From assembly GCA_016218585.1 (NCBI GenBank), contig JACRDK010000031.1, positions 65,764-129,763 on the forward strand: a stretch of 64,000 nucleotides of DNA. The letters are read 5' to 3'. The stretch comes from Candidatus Doudnabacteria bacterium (GTDB taxonomy: Bacteria > Patescibacteriota > Doudnabacteria > UBA920). Of this stretch, positions 37,684-48,600 are shown in pieces; within the stretch, counting starts at the first letter, position 1; each line of letters begins with the position of its first letter. The notes below the pieces were generated by a model. That model did no database searches, was not told the DNA's origin, and saw only the letters and a list, made by a program, of their open reading frames with translations. The position numbers were made by a program, and so were the translations under genes.

Positions 37684-38586
37684 TTAATTAATGTTAGCGA
37701 TGGCGTAATTGTCAAAAATTACATCCATAAAGTCGGTGCGAATTCCGCCGCTGCCGCCGCTAGTTATGGGATTATTGGCGTCGGTTGCTTCGGCAATAAG
37801 CTGCCAGCGCAAATTCCAATTTTTATCCATATACAATTTAATCTTTACCGATCCGTCCGACTGCGTAACAACTTCTGTCTTTAGCCCCACCCAGGTATTT
37901 AGGGGCAGCAGGTTTGGGCTGGTCTCATGGTTATAACTCCCGGGAAAAATCCCTTTAGCATAAGCCAGCGTGGTATAAATGCCATTTTGTTTTTTCTTAA
38001 TTACCGCGGCGCCATCTCGCCTGACTCCGGCATAATACAAATTTTGGGAGTCAACATAGCGGTTAAACAGCAATAAACCGTTGGATTCATTTCTGTTGGG
38101 GCTGGCGCTTAAATTATCCGCGGTTATTTTAAAGTATGCTTCTTGGGAAATATTCCGCCAGTCGTTTTTCCTGGTAACCAGGCGAAAAATATTCTGCGGG
38201 TGAAAGCCCAAGTCTGTATCAAGCGGATTATTTAAGGAATACAGCAGGCGAAAAGGATCTATATCCGCTAATTTCCCCTGCACAGTTGTTCCCCGCCCGG
38301 CGCTTACATACATATAACCGCCGGAGTTTACCCACCAATAGGGACTGCTGCTGGTTATATCAGATCCCGCTTCGGAAACATTACAGGAGCAGGAAAAGGT
38401 ATAATAAAACGGCGACAAAACCGGTAAGGCGTCGCCGGCGTATGCGGCATTAGGGTACAAACCTAAAGCGGGTAAAAATAAAAAGCATCCCATTATGAAC
38501 ATAAGTACCAGGTATTTTTTTTCTTTTTTTTGTTTGTGTAATTTTCCTGAATGCGGTTCAGGATCCGATTTTATTTCTGGCTGCAA
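37684..38586 (-). CDS. exported ConA-like/lectin-fold protein (start uncertain)
   Basis: Beta-rich; C-terminal GSGGIRTDFMDVIFDNY. Confidence 0.6.
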   Translation of the reverse strand: MQPEIKSDPEPHSGKLHKQKKEKKYLVLMFIMGCFLFLPALGLYPNAAYAGDALPVLSPFYYTFSCSCNVSEAGSDITSSSPYWWVNSGGYMYVSAGRGTTVQGKLADIDPFRLLYSLNNPLDTDLGFHPQNIFRLVTRKNDWRNISQEAYFKITADNLSASPNRNESNGLLLFNRYVDSQNLYYAGVRRDGAAVIKKKQNGIYTTLAYAKGIFPGSYNHETSPNLLPLNTWVGLKTEVVTQSDGSVKIKLYMDKNWNLRWQLIAEATDANNPITSGGSGGIRTDFMDVIFDNYAIANIN

Positions 38587-38773
38587 GATTTATTTAATTA
38601 ATAATTAATATGCTTGTATCGCGACAGGTGCATATTAAATTATTTTCTTCTTGCTGTCAAAAACTTTTTTTAAAATTCAACCAAATAAATCTTTAAATAA
38701 AACTCTTTTTTTATTTTGCGCTGTGTTTGCGGAAGATTTTCCCCGGCGCTAGAATAAGCGCCGGGGAAAATCT

Positions 38774-39811
38774 TTACTGCTCCTGCGACAATGCCTGCCA
38801 AATCCCCGGGTCTTCCCCGCCGAGCCGCCATAAGGCTACCTTTTTCAAACCTAAACTTTTGAGCATGGTTATCCTGGCGGCCAAGCTTTGCCGATCTTCA
38901 AACCAGACCTGTCCTTCGCCGCTGCGGACAATTGGAGCACTGCTGTCGGTATCCCTACTGAGCGCGCCGCTGTTAGCCTGAACCGGACGGACCAGCCGCT
39001 GCCAGGTGCCGGTACGGTAATTGCCTTTGGTCCAATACAAAGCCACAATTGAAACGCCAACGGTAAGCTTCTCCGGCGGAACGGCCTGCAATATATGCTG
39101 CAAACGAAGCCGGCTCCACCACAGGGATGCCGATGGTCCCGGAGCGGTTGAAGCGCGGTGTTCGCCGTAAAGCATTAGCCTCACCGAGTCTGCCGCCACG
39201 CCAATTCTTTTCCAGGACACAAGCGCGCTTTGCGCCATTGTCGGCTCCAAACTTACCGCCACAGTTTTTCCCTTGCTCCTCAGCGCCGCCGAAAGCTCTT
39301 CTACAAAATCGGCCAAAACCGGCAACTGTTTAGGCAGCAAGCCTTCTATGTCGATGTCCACACCGGCATAGTTTTTAGCTTCAACCAGAGCAACAATGTT
39401 GTCCGCCAATGCGGCGCGAAGAGTTGGGTTGGTTAAAACCGGCAGCGCCCACTCCGGATGAGAACCCGAAGCATCCACATTGCTGATTATAGGCCTAAGC
39501 AAAAATCCGTTTTTCTTGACGTCGTTTAGCAGCCGGGAGTCATCTACAAATGCGTTGGGGTTATTTTTCAAAGCCCCATTGCTCTGAACTTGATACCAAG
39601 CCGGGCTCACCTCGGCGATTTGGGCGGAATGGCTTTCCAAACTCGACAAGCCGGCGTCCCAATCGTTCTGATGCAGCCAGGCAATTACGGTGAATTTACC
39701 CCGCTCCTGCGCAATGCCGCTTGGCACCGCAACAAGCAGCGACAAAAAGAAAATTGTCGCATTCGTCATTCTTCCCTCCTTGGAAAAAAATCTCACCAAC
39801 CATTTTTTCAT
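38774..39811 (-). CDS. GH18 glycoside hydrolase
   Basis: YAGVDIDIE catalytic DxDxE; VWFED; LWRLGGED. Confidence 0.85.
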   Translation of the reverse strand: MKKWLVRFFSKEGRMTNATIFFLSLLVAVPSGIAQERGKFTVIAWLHQNDWDAGLSSLESHSAQIAEVSPAWYQVQSNGALKNNPNAFVDDSRLLNDVKKNGFLLRPIISNVDASGSHPEWALPVLTNPTLRAALADNIVALVEAKNYAGVDIDIEGLLPKQLPVLADFVEELSAALRSKGKTVAVSLEPTMAQSALVSWKRIGVAADSVRLMLYGEHRASTAPGPSASLWWSRLRLQHILQAVPPEKLTVGVSIVALYWTKGNYRTGTWQRLVRPVQANSGALSRDTDSSAPIVRSGEGQVWFEDRQSLAARITMLKSLGLKKVALWRLGGEDPGIWQALSQEQ

Positions 39812-41370
39812 TCAGATATTGGTTCAATAACCGCTTTTTTTATTATCAGCGACGCTTTATCAGGCTGCGGATCCCAAACTTTAAAACCTACCGATCCCTC
39901 AATTAGTTTTTCCGACACCCTGTCGGTGGTTAATACCACCTTGCCATTTAGCAAACATCTCGCTCTTCCATCCATAAGCTCAATGCCGGCGGAAATTTCT
40001 TCGGAATTAATTTGCGGGAATTTAAACCACCAGGAAGACACTTCTTTTTTACGGCCATCCGTCACTTCATTAATCGTTATTCCTGCGGAAGAATAATTGC
40101 AGCTCAAATAATTATTATCATCAATATATGCAGCCAGTAGGCTAAAAGATTGCCCTGCTTTCAATTGCACCAGTGAACTAAATTTATATTTTGACAGTTT
40201 ATTTCCACCGTCTAAGTATACAGAAGCTCCGGTCGAAGATGCGGTTGGCGATAAAACCTGTACCCCGTTTTGGCCGACGGAATTTCCCCAGGTAGGGACC
40301 CAATCTTTTGAATTAGAAAAATCTTCACTCCAGGGAAGCTCTTTGGCTATTCCGGCGGTTACGGCATTTAGCAAATCTTTTCCTTGCCAGTTTCCCTCGA
40401 CGGTAATTCGCTTGGCTAAATAAAAGGCTGAATTCTCCGGATAATTTTGGGTAAAATAAGTATCGCTGCGTGTTTGCGTAAAAGCCGTGCTGTAATTTTT
40501 GGCAACTTCCGCCAGTAAAAAATTCTGGTCATTGGGAACATTCTTCGAATCTACGCCATAGTCGCCGTAAGGAAAAGCATAAGCTGCGGGCACCACGCCA
40601 AGCTGATTTTTTAAGTCTGTTTTTATGCCTGAAAGTTCTGTTGCTACCCGATTATGATATTCCTCCTCTGTTTCCAGGCGATTTTTCTGCTCAAGCCAAA
40701 TTCTATTGCTAAGAAAATTTCCGCTGTTGCCGCTGCCGTCTATTGGCCTTGGGTCATGGCCAACTTGGGCGTGAGCCCCCAAATCCCAGCGGCCGCTGTC
40801 TCTCATAAAAGCTAATTCATTGCGATTTAAATAATACGTGGTTTTGTCGTTAAACGAACTGCCGGTAATTACAAACATTGTCGCCCTAAATCCGAGCAAC
40901 TTAAGTACCGGATCAGCGCCGTAAAAACTGTCCTTGCGCCCGTCGTCAAAAGTCAGTAAAAAAGATTTTGTCGGCAGCTTTTTGTCTCCGCGCGCAAAGG
41001 CGCCAAAGTCATCCAGACTCACGGTTTGCCAGCCGGCAGCGGCAAGCTCTTTCATCTGTTCTAAAAATTGTTGTTTGGTGACATTTACGCCGTCTGCTTT
41101 ATCGACAATTCCATGATAAACCAAAACCGGCATTGAACTGGCTTCCCCTGAGGGCGTTTGCGCGCTAAAAGCTCCGGCAACCCGCCCCTGCCCGCTTATC
41201 TCGGCAAAGCCGCTGTCTAAAATATCCATCCTTACCGGCTCGGCTCCAAAAATTTTATTTCCTGCCGTACCGGCAAAATAAAAACTCAAACCGCCGACAA
41301 AGGCTACCAGCCCCGCCGCAAAAATTAAAAAACCTTTTTTTGAGTTGTCTAAATGAGCGTCTAAATTCAT
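39808..41370 (-). CDS. PgaB/IcaB-like polysaccharide deacetylase with C-terminal lectin-like domain
   Basis: PVLVYHG, LTFDDG, AYAFPYG; ATG overlaps the upstream TAA. Confidence 0.85.
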   Translation of the reverse strand: MNLDAHLDNSKKGFLIFAAGLVAFVGGLSFYFAGTAGNKIFGAEPVRMDILDSGFAEISGQGRVAGAFSAQTPSGEASSMPVLVYHGIVDKADGVNVTKQQFLEQMKELAAAGWQTVSLDDFGAFARGDKKLPTKSFLLTFDDGRKDSFYGADPVLKLLGFRATMFVITGSSFNDKTTYYLNRNELAFMRDSGRWDLGAHAQVGHDPRPIDGSGNSGNFLSNRIWLEQKNRLETEEEYHNRVATELSGIKTDLKNQLGVVPAAYAFPYGDYGVDSKNVPNDQNFLLAEVAKNYSTAFTQTRSDTYFTQNYPENSAFYLAKRITVEGNWQGKDLLNAVTAGIAKELPWSEDFSNSKDWVPTWGNSVGQNGVQVLSPTASSTGASVYLDGGNKLSKYKFSSLVQLKAGQSFSLLAAYIDDNNYLSCNYSSAGITINEVTDGRKKEVSSWWFKFPQINSEEISAGIELMDGRARCLLNGKVVLTTDRVSEKLIEGSVGFKVWDPQPDKASLIIKKAVIEPISE

Positions 41371-42713
41371 TATCGTGTTCCCCATTTTCGATTTTGAATG
41401 CTAATCATGGCATAATAGAAAATAAATGACAGAACAAACATATTAAGGGTGGACCAAATAAAAACATAAGGCCAATATTTATTTTCCCTGGACACAAAAC
41501 GATAATAAAGGACAATAGCCACCGAAACCAGGTAAACCCCCAAAATATAATAATAAGGCACAATTCCTTTTACAATCGGGTTGTAAATTAACGCCTTAGT
41601 CGCCATTACCGGCGTGGCAATGGTAATAAATATTAGTGGAAAAAAATAAGTAAGAGCTACAAAGGGATATTGCTTTAAAACAAAGCCGGATGCAAAAATT
41701 GAATTTACAAACCAACCTTTCTTCCAACGAACCTGCTGTTTTAAAAGTTGTCGTAAATTGTCAGGCACAATAGTTTTTGCCAAAACCGTGTCGGTATAAA
41801 TAGTCTTATAGCCTTTGCGCAAAACCCAGTTGGTAAGCGCCCGGTCGTCCCCCCAGCTTACCGGTTTACCTAAAAATCTTTCGCCCAGCCATTGGTCTAA
41901 AATTGGCAGGACAATATTTTTTCTATAAGCTGAGCTGCAGCCGCTGCAGCAAAACACTGTCATAAAGGTCGACTCCGCGGCTTTTAAAATACGGAATGAC
42001 AAAAAATAATAAGCGGCCTGAATTTTAGTTAAAAAATTCTGGTCGGCATTGTCAGGGTCGGCGTGGGCGCAAACCGCGCCAATCTCCGGGTGTCGGAACG
42101 GCGAAATGAACTGATAAAATGTTTCCGGTTCAATATAGCTATCGCTGTCTAGTTGCACGATAATTTCTCCGCGTGCGCGGCGGAATCCTTCGGCCATAGC
42201 CATTCTTTTCCCCTGATTAACTTTCCAATCCACCACTACAAGATTCGGATAAGCTTTTTGCGACTCTCTTAATACCTCAATGGTATTGTCAGTACTGCCG
42301 TCATTTATAATAATTACTTCGAGCAATGATTTTGGATAATCTGCGGCAAAACATTTTTCTACTGTTTTGGCTATGCTTTTTTCCTCGTTTTTGCAGGGAA
42401 CCACAAAAGTTACGCTGGGAAAATATTCGTCATTGGCCTGATTACTGGTTAAACTGTTTTCAATATACTTCCCGCTTTTGCTAAAAATATGAGCCGCTAC
42501 AATTCGCGACAACTGAAAGACTGTAACAAAAACCGTATAAACAAATAGCAAGGGGTCACGGCCAAACTCAGATGCAGTTTTAGTCTTTACCCAAACCACG
42601 GCAAACACCGTAGCGCTAGCCAAAATAAATAAAATCAAGTTAAACCAGGAGGGATTTTTAACCTCTTTGGCAATTAAAATGCTATTCATTGCTGCGGTTG
42701 CTACTCTTGGCAC
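41370..42713 (-). CDS. processive GT2, hyaluronan synthase/NodC-like
   Basis: NDGSTD, DSD, CCSGCSSAYR, GDDRALTN, QQVRW motifs; flanking TMs. Confidence 0.88.
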   Translation of the reverse strand: MPRVATAAMNSILIAKEVKNPSWFNLILFILASATVFAVVWVKTKTASEFGRDPLLFVYTVFVTVFQLSRIVAAHIFSKSGKYIENSLTSNQANDEYFPSVTFVVPCKNEEKSIAKTVEKCFAADYPKSLLEVIIINDGSTDNTIEVLRESQKAYPNLVVVDWKVNQGKRMAMAEGFRRARGEIIVQLDSDSYIEPETFYQFISPFRHPEIGAVCAHADPDNADQNFLTKIQAAYYFLSFRILKAAESTFMTVFCCSGCSSAYRKNIVLPILDQWLGERFLGKPVSWGDDRALTNWVLRKGYKTIYTDTVLAKTIVPDNLRQLLKQQVRWKKGWFVNSIFASGFVLKQYPFVALTYFFPLIFITIATPVMATKALIYNPIVKGIVPYYYILGVYLVSVAIVLYYRFVSRENKYWPYVFIWSTLNMFVLSFIFYYAMISIQNRKWGTR

Positions 42714-42732
42714 GGCTGCCCCCTTTCGCTAA

Positions 42733-43425
42733 TTAAACTAAACGTTTATTAAACTTTAAAATCTGTTTGGCAATTGGCGACCGGAGCAAATGCGCATTAG
42801 GAATAACACAATGCCCGCCAATCGGGCCGTCTTTATGATTCAAATAAGGACGCACCACTTCCAAACGGCCCAGTTCCGAATAGCCGGCGTTATAGTCTTT
42901 ATTGGCGGTTTTGTAAATGGCTTCAAAGTCTAAATTATTTCTTTCGCACCAGGCGTAAATTTCTTTCTCTAATATTATCTGCCAGCCATACTGAGTTGTG
43001 TCCCACAGCTTAATGGCCTCGGTAGTTTCTTGTTCGTTATAACACTTAACCTTTATTCCCAGGGCTTCAAACCAAGCCGCAGCCTGAGTTGCTTTTGGCC
43101 CGCCAAAATATTTTACAAAAATTTTAATTCCCAAAGCTAAGTTTGGATGAACGCCGCGAATCGGCGAATGCACCGCCTGGCACTTTCTGCTGGTGCCAAT
43201 TGGCACGGTTGAATGAATAATGGTAATTTTTGGCTTAAATTCTTTTTGATACTCTTTAACTAATTTAATAAAAGATTTGTCTTTATATGGGAAAGCAATA
43301 TGGAGGACTTCATATTGTTCGGACTTTACATCCCGAAAGGCTAAATCCAAAACATCGCATTTTAATACTTCGCGCAGAGCGCTGCCTACTTCTCCGTAAC
43401 CAACTATCAATTGATTTTTTTCCAT
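42733..43425 (-). CDS. short UDP-sugar 6-dehydrogenase-like protein
   Basis: IVGYGEVG, HSTVPIGT, EAIKL, GGHC; lacks the C-terminal domain. Confidence 0.75.
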   Translation of the reverse strand: MEKNQLIVGYGEVGSALREVLKCDVLDLAFRDVKSEQYEVLHIAFPYKDKSFIKLVKEYQKEFKPKITIIHSTVPIGTSRKCQAVHSPIRGVHPNLALGIKIFVKYFGGPKATQAAAWFEALGIKVKCYNEQETTEAIKLWDTTQYGWQIILEKEIYAWCERNNLDFEAIYKTANKDYNAGYSELGRLEVVRPYLNHKDGPIGGHCVIPNAHLLRSPIAKQILKFNKRLV

Positions 43426-43658
43426 ATTTTTTTATTTAATTTTAATTTATCAGCCAAACTTATTTTAAATTTTATCGGCAAGAGTGAGAACCTGTTTCAC
43501 TTTTTCTAAAATTAAAAACTTAAGTTTGCCTTATAGTTTAAACAGAAAAAAATATTTTGTATTTTATAATAAGCAAAAATATTTTTCTCCGTTTAACAAT
43601 GAACCAAAATAAAAAATCCCTTAAAGACAAAGCTTTAAAGGATTAAAAATTATTGATT

Positions 43659-45125
43659 TTACAGCGCGCTCAAATCTATATTTTGATCTATGCGAATTTG
43701 CGAAACGAACTCAGGAATATGGGAAACCATAATGCTGGCGCCCTCATACTCAGAGAGAGCTTTGGCAATTATGGGCAAGTGGCGGAAATTAATATGGTTA
43801 GTCGGCTCGTCTAATATAAGCAAACCCGGCTTCATTAGCATAAGGCGGCAAAAAGCCAACAAACCCTTTTGCCCTTCTGACAGCGCGGCAATTGGCTGGT
43901 CAAGCAGCTTGCCGTCTAGCAAAAAGCCGGCGGCGGCGGCGCGCAAATTATGTTCATCAAACTTTTGCATTACTTCCTTTAGAGCATCGTAAGCTTTTTG
44001 CTCAAAGTCGAAATTTGAGAAATCTTGTTTGTAATAGCCAATTCGGATATCTTTGGCTACAGCAAAACCTTCTCCGGCCCCGGAAGCAATTTTCTCCAAC
44101 ATGGTAGATTTACCAATACCATTAGGACTGGAAATAAGCAGATGTGTGTTTTTTCGCAAAACCATTTCCACCTCTTTACTTACCACACCGTGGGGGCGGA
44201 TGGCGGATATGGAATTAAATTCCATTATCTTGCCGTCAAAAAATTGGTCAAACTCTTGCGCCGGAATATTGAACTCGCGGATAGTTTTGTCTTCCTGGCG
44301 TACCGAGACAATGGACTCCTCCGCCTCTTCCGCGGACTCGCGCATCCGTTTTGCTACCGCGCGCAGTTTTCCGCCCTTGTGGGCAAAGACTTCGGCCTGC
44401 GCTAATTTTTCTTTAATTTGGGATTGCATGCGGGCATTCTGCAAATTTTCTCTTTCAATCCGATTTTTTATTTCTTCCACCACGTCAAAATAGTTGCCGT
44501 TATATTGCTCAACTTTTTTTGTAAAAACATCCAAGTACAAAACGCCGTCGGAAAAAGCATTTAAAAAATCCGCGTCGTGGGAAATAACCAAAACAGTTTT
44601 TTCATACATCATCAAAAAACCGGTAAGGTGCTCTATGCCAGCCTGGTCAAGATTGTTTGTCGGCTCGTCCAATAACAAAATATCCGGACTTTGAATAAGG
44701 GCGTGCGCGAGCAACAATCTGGCCTGCTGTCCTCCGGACAATTTTCCGACCAAACGGTCGAGCGGTAAATCAACATTCACAACTTCAAAAACATCTTTTA
44801 TAAGCTTGTCTAAATTATATTTAATTTCCGTAAACGCAGTTGCAAAATAATCTCTCACGGTAAGCTCCTGCATTTCTTTTGGCATTACTTGCCTGGCAAT
44901 GGCAATACTGGCGTCTTTCGGCGTGCGGTTAATCTGCCCTTCTTGAGGAACTATTTCTCCGGTAATCATTTTAAACAGCGAAGATTTGCCCGCGCCATTT
45001 TGTCCCATTAAGGTAATTCTGCTTCCGGTGCGCACGCTAAAATTAACCTCATCTAAAATGGGTTTGTTGTGGCTGTATTCAAATGTTACGTCTGAGAAAC
45101 GCAAAATCACGCTGTCATTGGCCAT
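43659..45125 (-). CDS. ABC-F family ATP-binding protein
   Basis: Two ABC domains (GQNGAGKS, LSGGQ, LLLDEPTN; SPNGIGKS, LSEGQ, LDEPTN); no TM. Confidence 0.9.
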   Translation of the reverse strand: MANDSVILRFSDVTFEYSHNKPILDEVNFSVRTGSRITLMGQNGAGKSSLFKMITGEIVPQEGQINRTPKDASIAIARQVMPKEMQELTVRDYFATAFTEIKYNLDKLIKDVFEVVNVDLPLDRLVGKLSGGQQARLLLAHALIQSPDILLLDEPTNNLDQAGIEHLTGFLMMYEKTVLVISHDADFLNAFSDGVLYLDVFTKKVEQYNGNYFDVVEEIKNRIERENLQNARMQSQIKEKLAQAEVFAHKGGKLRAVAKRMRESAEEAEESIVSVRQEDKTIREFNIPAQEFDQFFDGKIMEFNSISAIRPHGVVSKEVEMVLRKNTHLLISSPNGIGKSTMLEKIASGAGEGFAVAKDIRIGYYKQDFSNFDFEQKAYDALKEVMQKFDEHNLRAAAAGFLLDGKLLDQPIAALSEGQKGLLAFCRLMLMKPGLLILDEPTNHINFRHLPIIAKALSEYEGASIMVSHIPEFVSQIRIDQNIDLSAL

Positions 45126-45614
45126 ACTCTATAAATCTATTTTAAAGTCGTATTAAAAATTTTGCCCCTTGCTGGGGCAAAATGCTAATAAATTATACTA
45201 CTATATTTGCTCTTAGTCAATCCGGGCCTTAGTTTAGGAAATATGTTATAATTTTTTCTATTTCTGTGGATAATTTGAAAATAAAAATAAAATCAAAAAA
45301 GCATTTTTATTTGGATTGTAAGACATCAGAAAAAATAAAAAAATAACCTTTTGTAAAACAAATTCTCTTCATTTTAGATATACCATAACCGCAAAAAAAC
45401 TTGTCTTAATTAAGTTGCAGATACTTTTTAAATCCAGGCGTAGTAATTTATAAAAAGTTTTTTAAATTATTTTACTGAATTATTGTAAGCTGTTTCACAT
45501 TCCCTACAAAATTCTTAGACATTTAAAACCAACTTTATTTCTTCCAATCTCCTCTATATTAGCAATTAGAAATCTTTTTTTAAAAATGAGATAATTAATA
45601 TATAGGAAAAAGTC

Positions 45615-48600
45615 TTGAAAATAGAAAAGTCAAAATTAAAAAATAGCTTTTTGGGCGGAATGCCGAAAGCAGAAACACTCAAAAAAAATTTGGGGGGTTT
45701 TTTAATTATTTGCATTTCCTTCTCTCAAACCATTGCTCCCTGGGCCATTGCTGCCACCCCGACCGATAATGCAAGCGCAAACTACACCACAGAACAATTT
45801 TATCCGGAACAAATTTTACAAAACTCCGATGACTCTCTCCCCTATGCCTGGGCGGCTTCTGAAAACGCCTTGACTCGCGAGCTTGCAGACAGCGCACCCT
45901 TAGAGCAATTCTCAACAAGCAATTCCGCAGTACTGGCCAATTCAAAAACTGAGGCCACTTCCACCCCGTCAGACTTGCTGGCGGAACAACCTCCTCTTGA
46001 AAATAATAATTCAACTACCACAGCCAGTTCAACCAATATTGAAGTTCCTCCGGCGGTCTCTGAGGCCAGCTCAACGGAAATTAAAATTTACGAGGCGGAT
46101 GTCTCGCCTGCAAACCTCTCGGAGCAAAACCAAATAGAAAATTCCGAGAGCTCCACTTCTCCGGATGTTTTGGATTCTAACCAGAACTCTCCAACCAATC
46201 AAACAAATTCAACTGAAACAGAAATCACGCCAACAACAACTCAAAGCAGCGACACAGAAATTACACCGAGCACAACGCCAAGCAGCGTCACCCCGCCAGC
46301 CGCAACTATTAACAATGAAGACAACTCGTCAACAACGCCGCCGGACATAGCGAGCGCGACGCCGGTGGAAATTTTGCCGACACCGGAACTTAGCGCCCCA
46401 GTTTTGGAATACGGACATTTTACCAGTAGCCAAAATTCCTCGGATAAAAATAATTTTAACAACCCGGCCCAGGCAAGAATAAAACTGTCGTTTGCTTCTC
46501 TGCCGCTTATTGCCGGAAAACTTATTTTAGAATATTCAGTTGCCAGCTCTTCCTGGCAAACTCTCTCGACTGTTGCGCTAGACGGCCAAAGTTCAAATGC
46601 GGAGCGAAACGGCTTCTTTTCTGCCGAACTACCGCAAACAGCTATAAATGATTTATCAACTCTACATGTAAGGCTAAAAATATCCGCCCCGCAAACCAGC
46701 TGGCAAAATATTTTGCCTAGCGAATTATTTTATTTGGATTCTATCTGGCTGGAAGCAGATTACAAAAACACGCTTCCGGAAATTGACGAAGACCAGCTTG
46801 CCGCGACTGACCTTGGCAATTTAACTCCCGAGGAGTTCGCCCATTTAGATTTTTTCAGCCCGCTTATGGAATTATTTATGCCGGCGGACTTATCTGCTAA
46901 TCCAATTACGGTTGGCAGCAAAAAATTAGGCTTTAACTCTCTCCCTTTGCAGATGCTTCCAATAAACGTCTCGACCGACTCGCCAGCTACCAGATTAGGG
47001 CAAAAAGTAACCTATGCCGATGCCTACAAATCCACGGATTTGGAATATATAATGTCTGACTCAGGATTGAAAGAAAACATAATCCTAAAAGATAAAAATC
47101 ATCCGTCTAAATTCCGCTACCTTACCAACTTAGACAAATACGACTCTGTTCAGACCTCTTCTTCGACCATTGCTCTTTTTGCCAAAGGACATAAAGGACA
47201 GCCGCTGTATCAACGCTATGTTCTGTCCGCGCCAATAATGACAGACAGCCAGGGACAGGTTAGTTCGCGGCTTGAATTTAAAGTTAACAAAAATTTAATA
47301 ACTTTAATTCCGGACCCGGCCTGGCTAAAAACCGCCAGCTATCCGGTTACTGTTGACCCGAACGTCAGCTTAAGCGTTTTAAATGTTTCCTCTTTTCCGG
47401 TAGCCGGAGAATTTTGGACTATTGATTTTACGACAGTCGGGCAAGATAACTTAACAATAACCCCGGCTGACCAGGCAACCGTAGATGATATGGAATTTTC
47501 TTCACTAACCTGCGACGGAAATCCAATAAGCGCAAATGTTTCCGCCGGCGGACAGGTGGCGGTTAACAACTGGTCGTGCGACGGCATTGGTGAGGTAAAA
47601 TTCTTGGACAAAAAAACCGGACACCACCAAATGATATTTAATTTTGGCGATGCCAGCCAGGATGCTTATAACGGCTCCAACACTTGGAATGGCTTAGCCG
47701 GAGACAGCAACTGGGCTACCGGCGGCAACTGGTCATTGGGAACAGCCCCGGCGCTGGCTGACGATGTAGTAATTAGCACGGCGGCGACCATAAACATTAG
47801 CAGCTCCACCGCAATAAATTCGTTAACTCTTGGCAACTCCGGCGGCGGAGTAGCGACTGTTTTAAATTTTAATTATGACGCAATTGGCGGACAGCCTCTT
47901 AGCATTACCGGCAACCTTACTGTGTATAGCGGCGCCAGCATTACCCACACGGTAAGTTCTGCCGGATCTGTTGTAGGAACTGTAAATATTTCAACCGGCG
48001 GAAATTCCACCATTACGGGAAGCATTAGCTTAAATGCCAAAGGGTATACCGGCGGTTACGGACCCGGCAAAGGAACCGACGACTTAAGGGCGGGCGGAGG
48101 CGGTTATGGCGGCAACGGCGGAACCGGAAATTTGGGGGCTTTGGGCGGAACAAGCAATGGCTCAACTACAGTGCCAACCTCTTTGGGTTCCGGCGGCGGC
48201 AACTCGGGATGCGGAAGCACCGGCGGGACAGGAGGAGGAGCCTTAAAATTAAGCACAACCGGAACAACAACAATTGCCGGAACTATTACCGCCAACGGCG
48301 GAACCGGCGCAACCCCCTGCTGGAACTCGGGCGGCGGCAGCGGTGGTTCAATTTATATTATTACAAATGTCTTAACCGGAGCCGGAAGCATTACCGCCAA
48401 CGGCGGCGTTGGCGTTACCGGCGGCAACGCCTCAGGCGATGGCGGCGGCGGAAGAATTGCCATAAATTATACCACTGACAATTCCACCATAACTTATTCC
48501 GCTTACAGCGGCGCCGGACAGCTTTATGGAGGAAGCGGGACGGTTTACAAAAAAAGCCAGGCGCAAAGCACGGGCGATTTAACATTTGATAATAATAACT

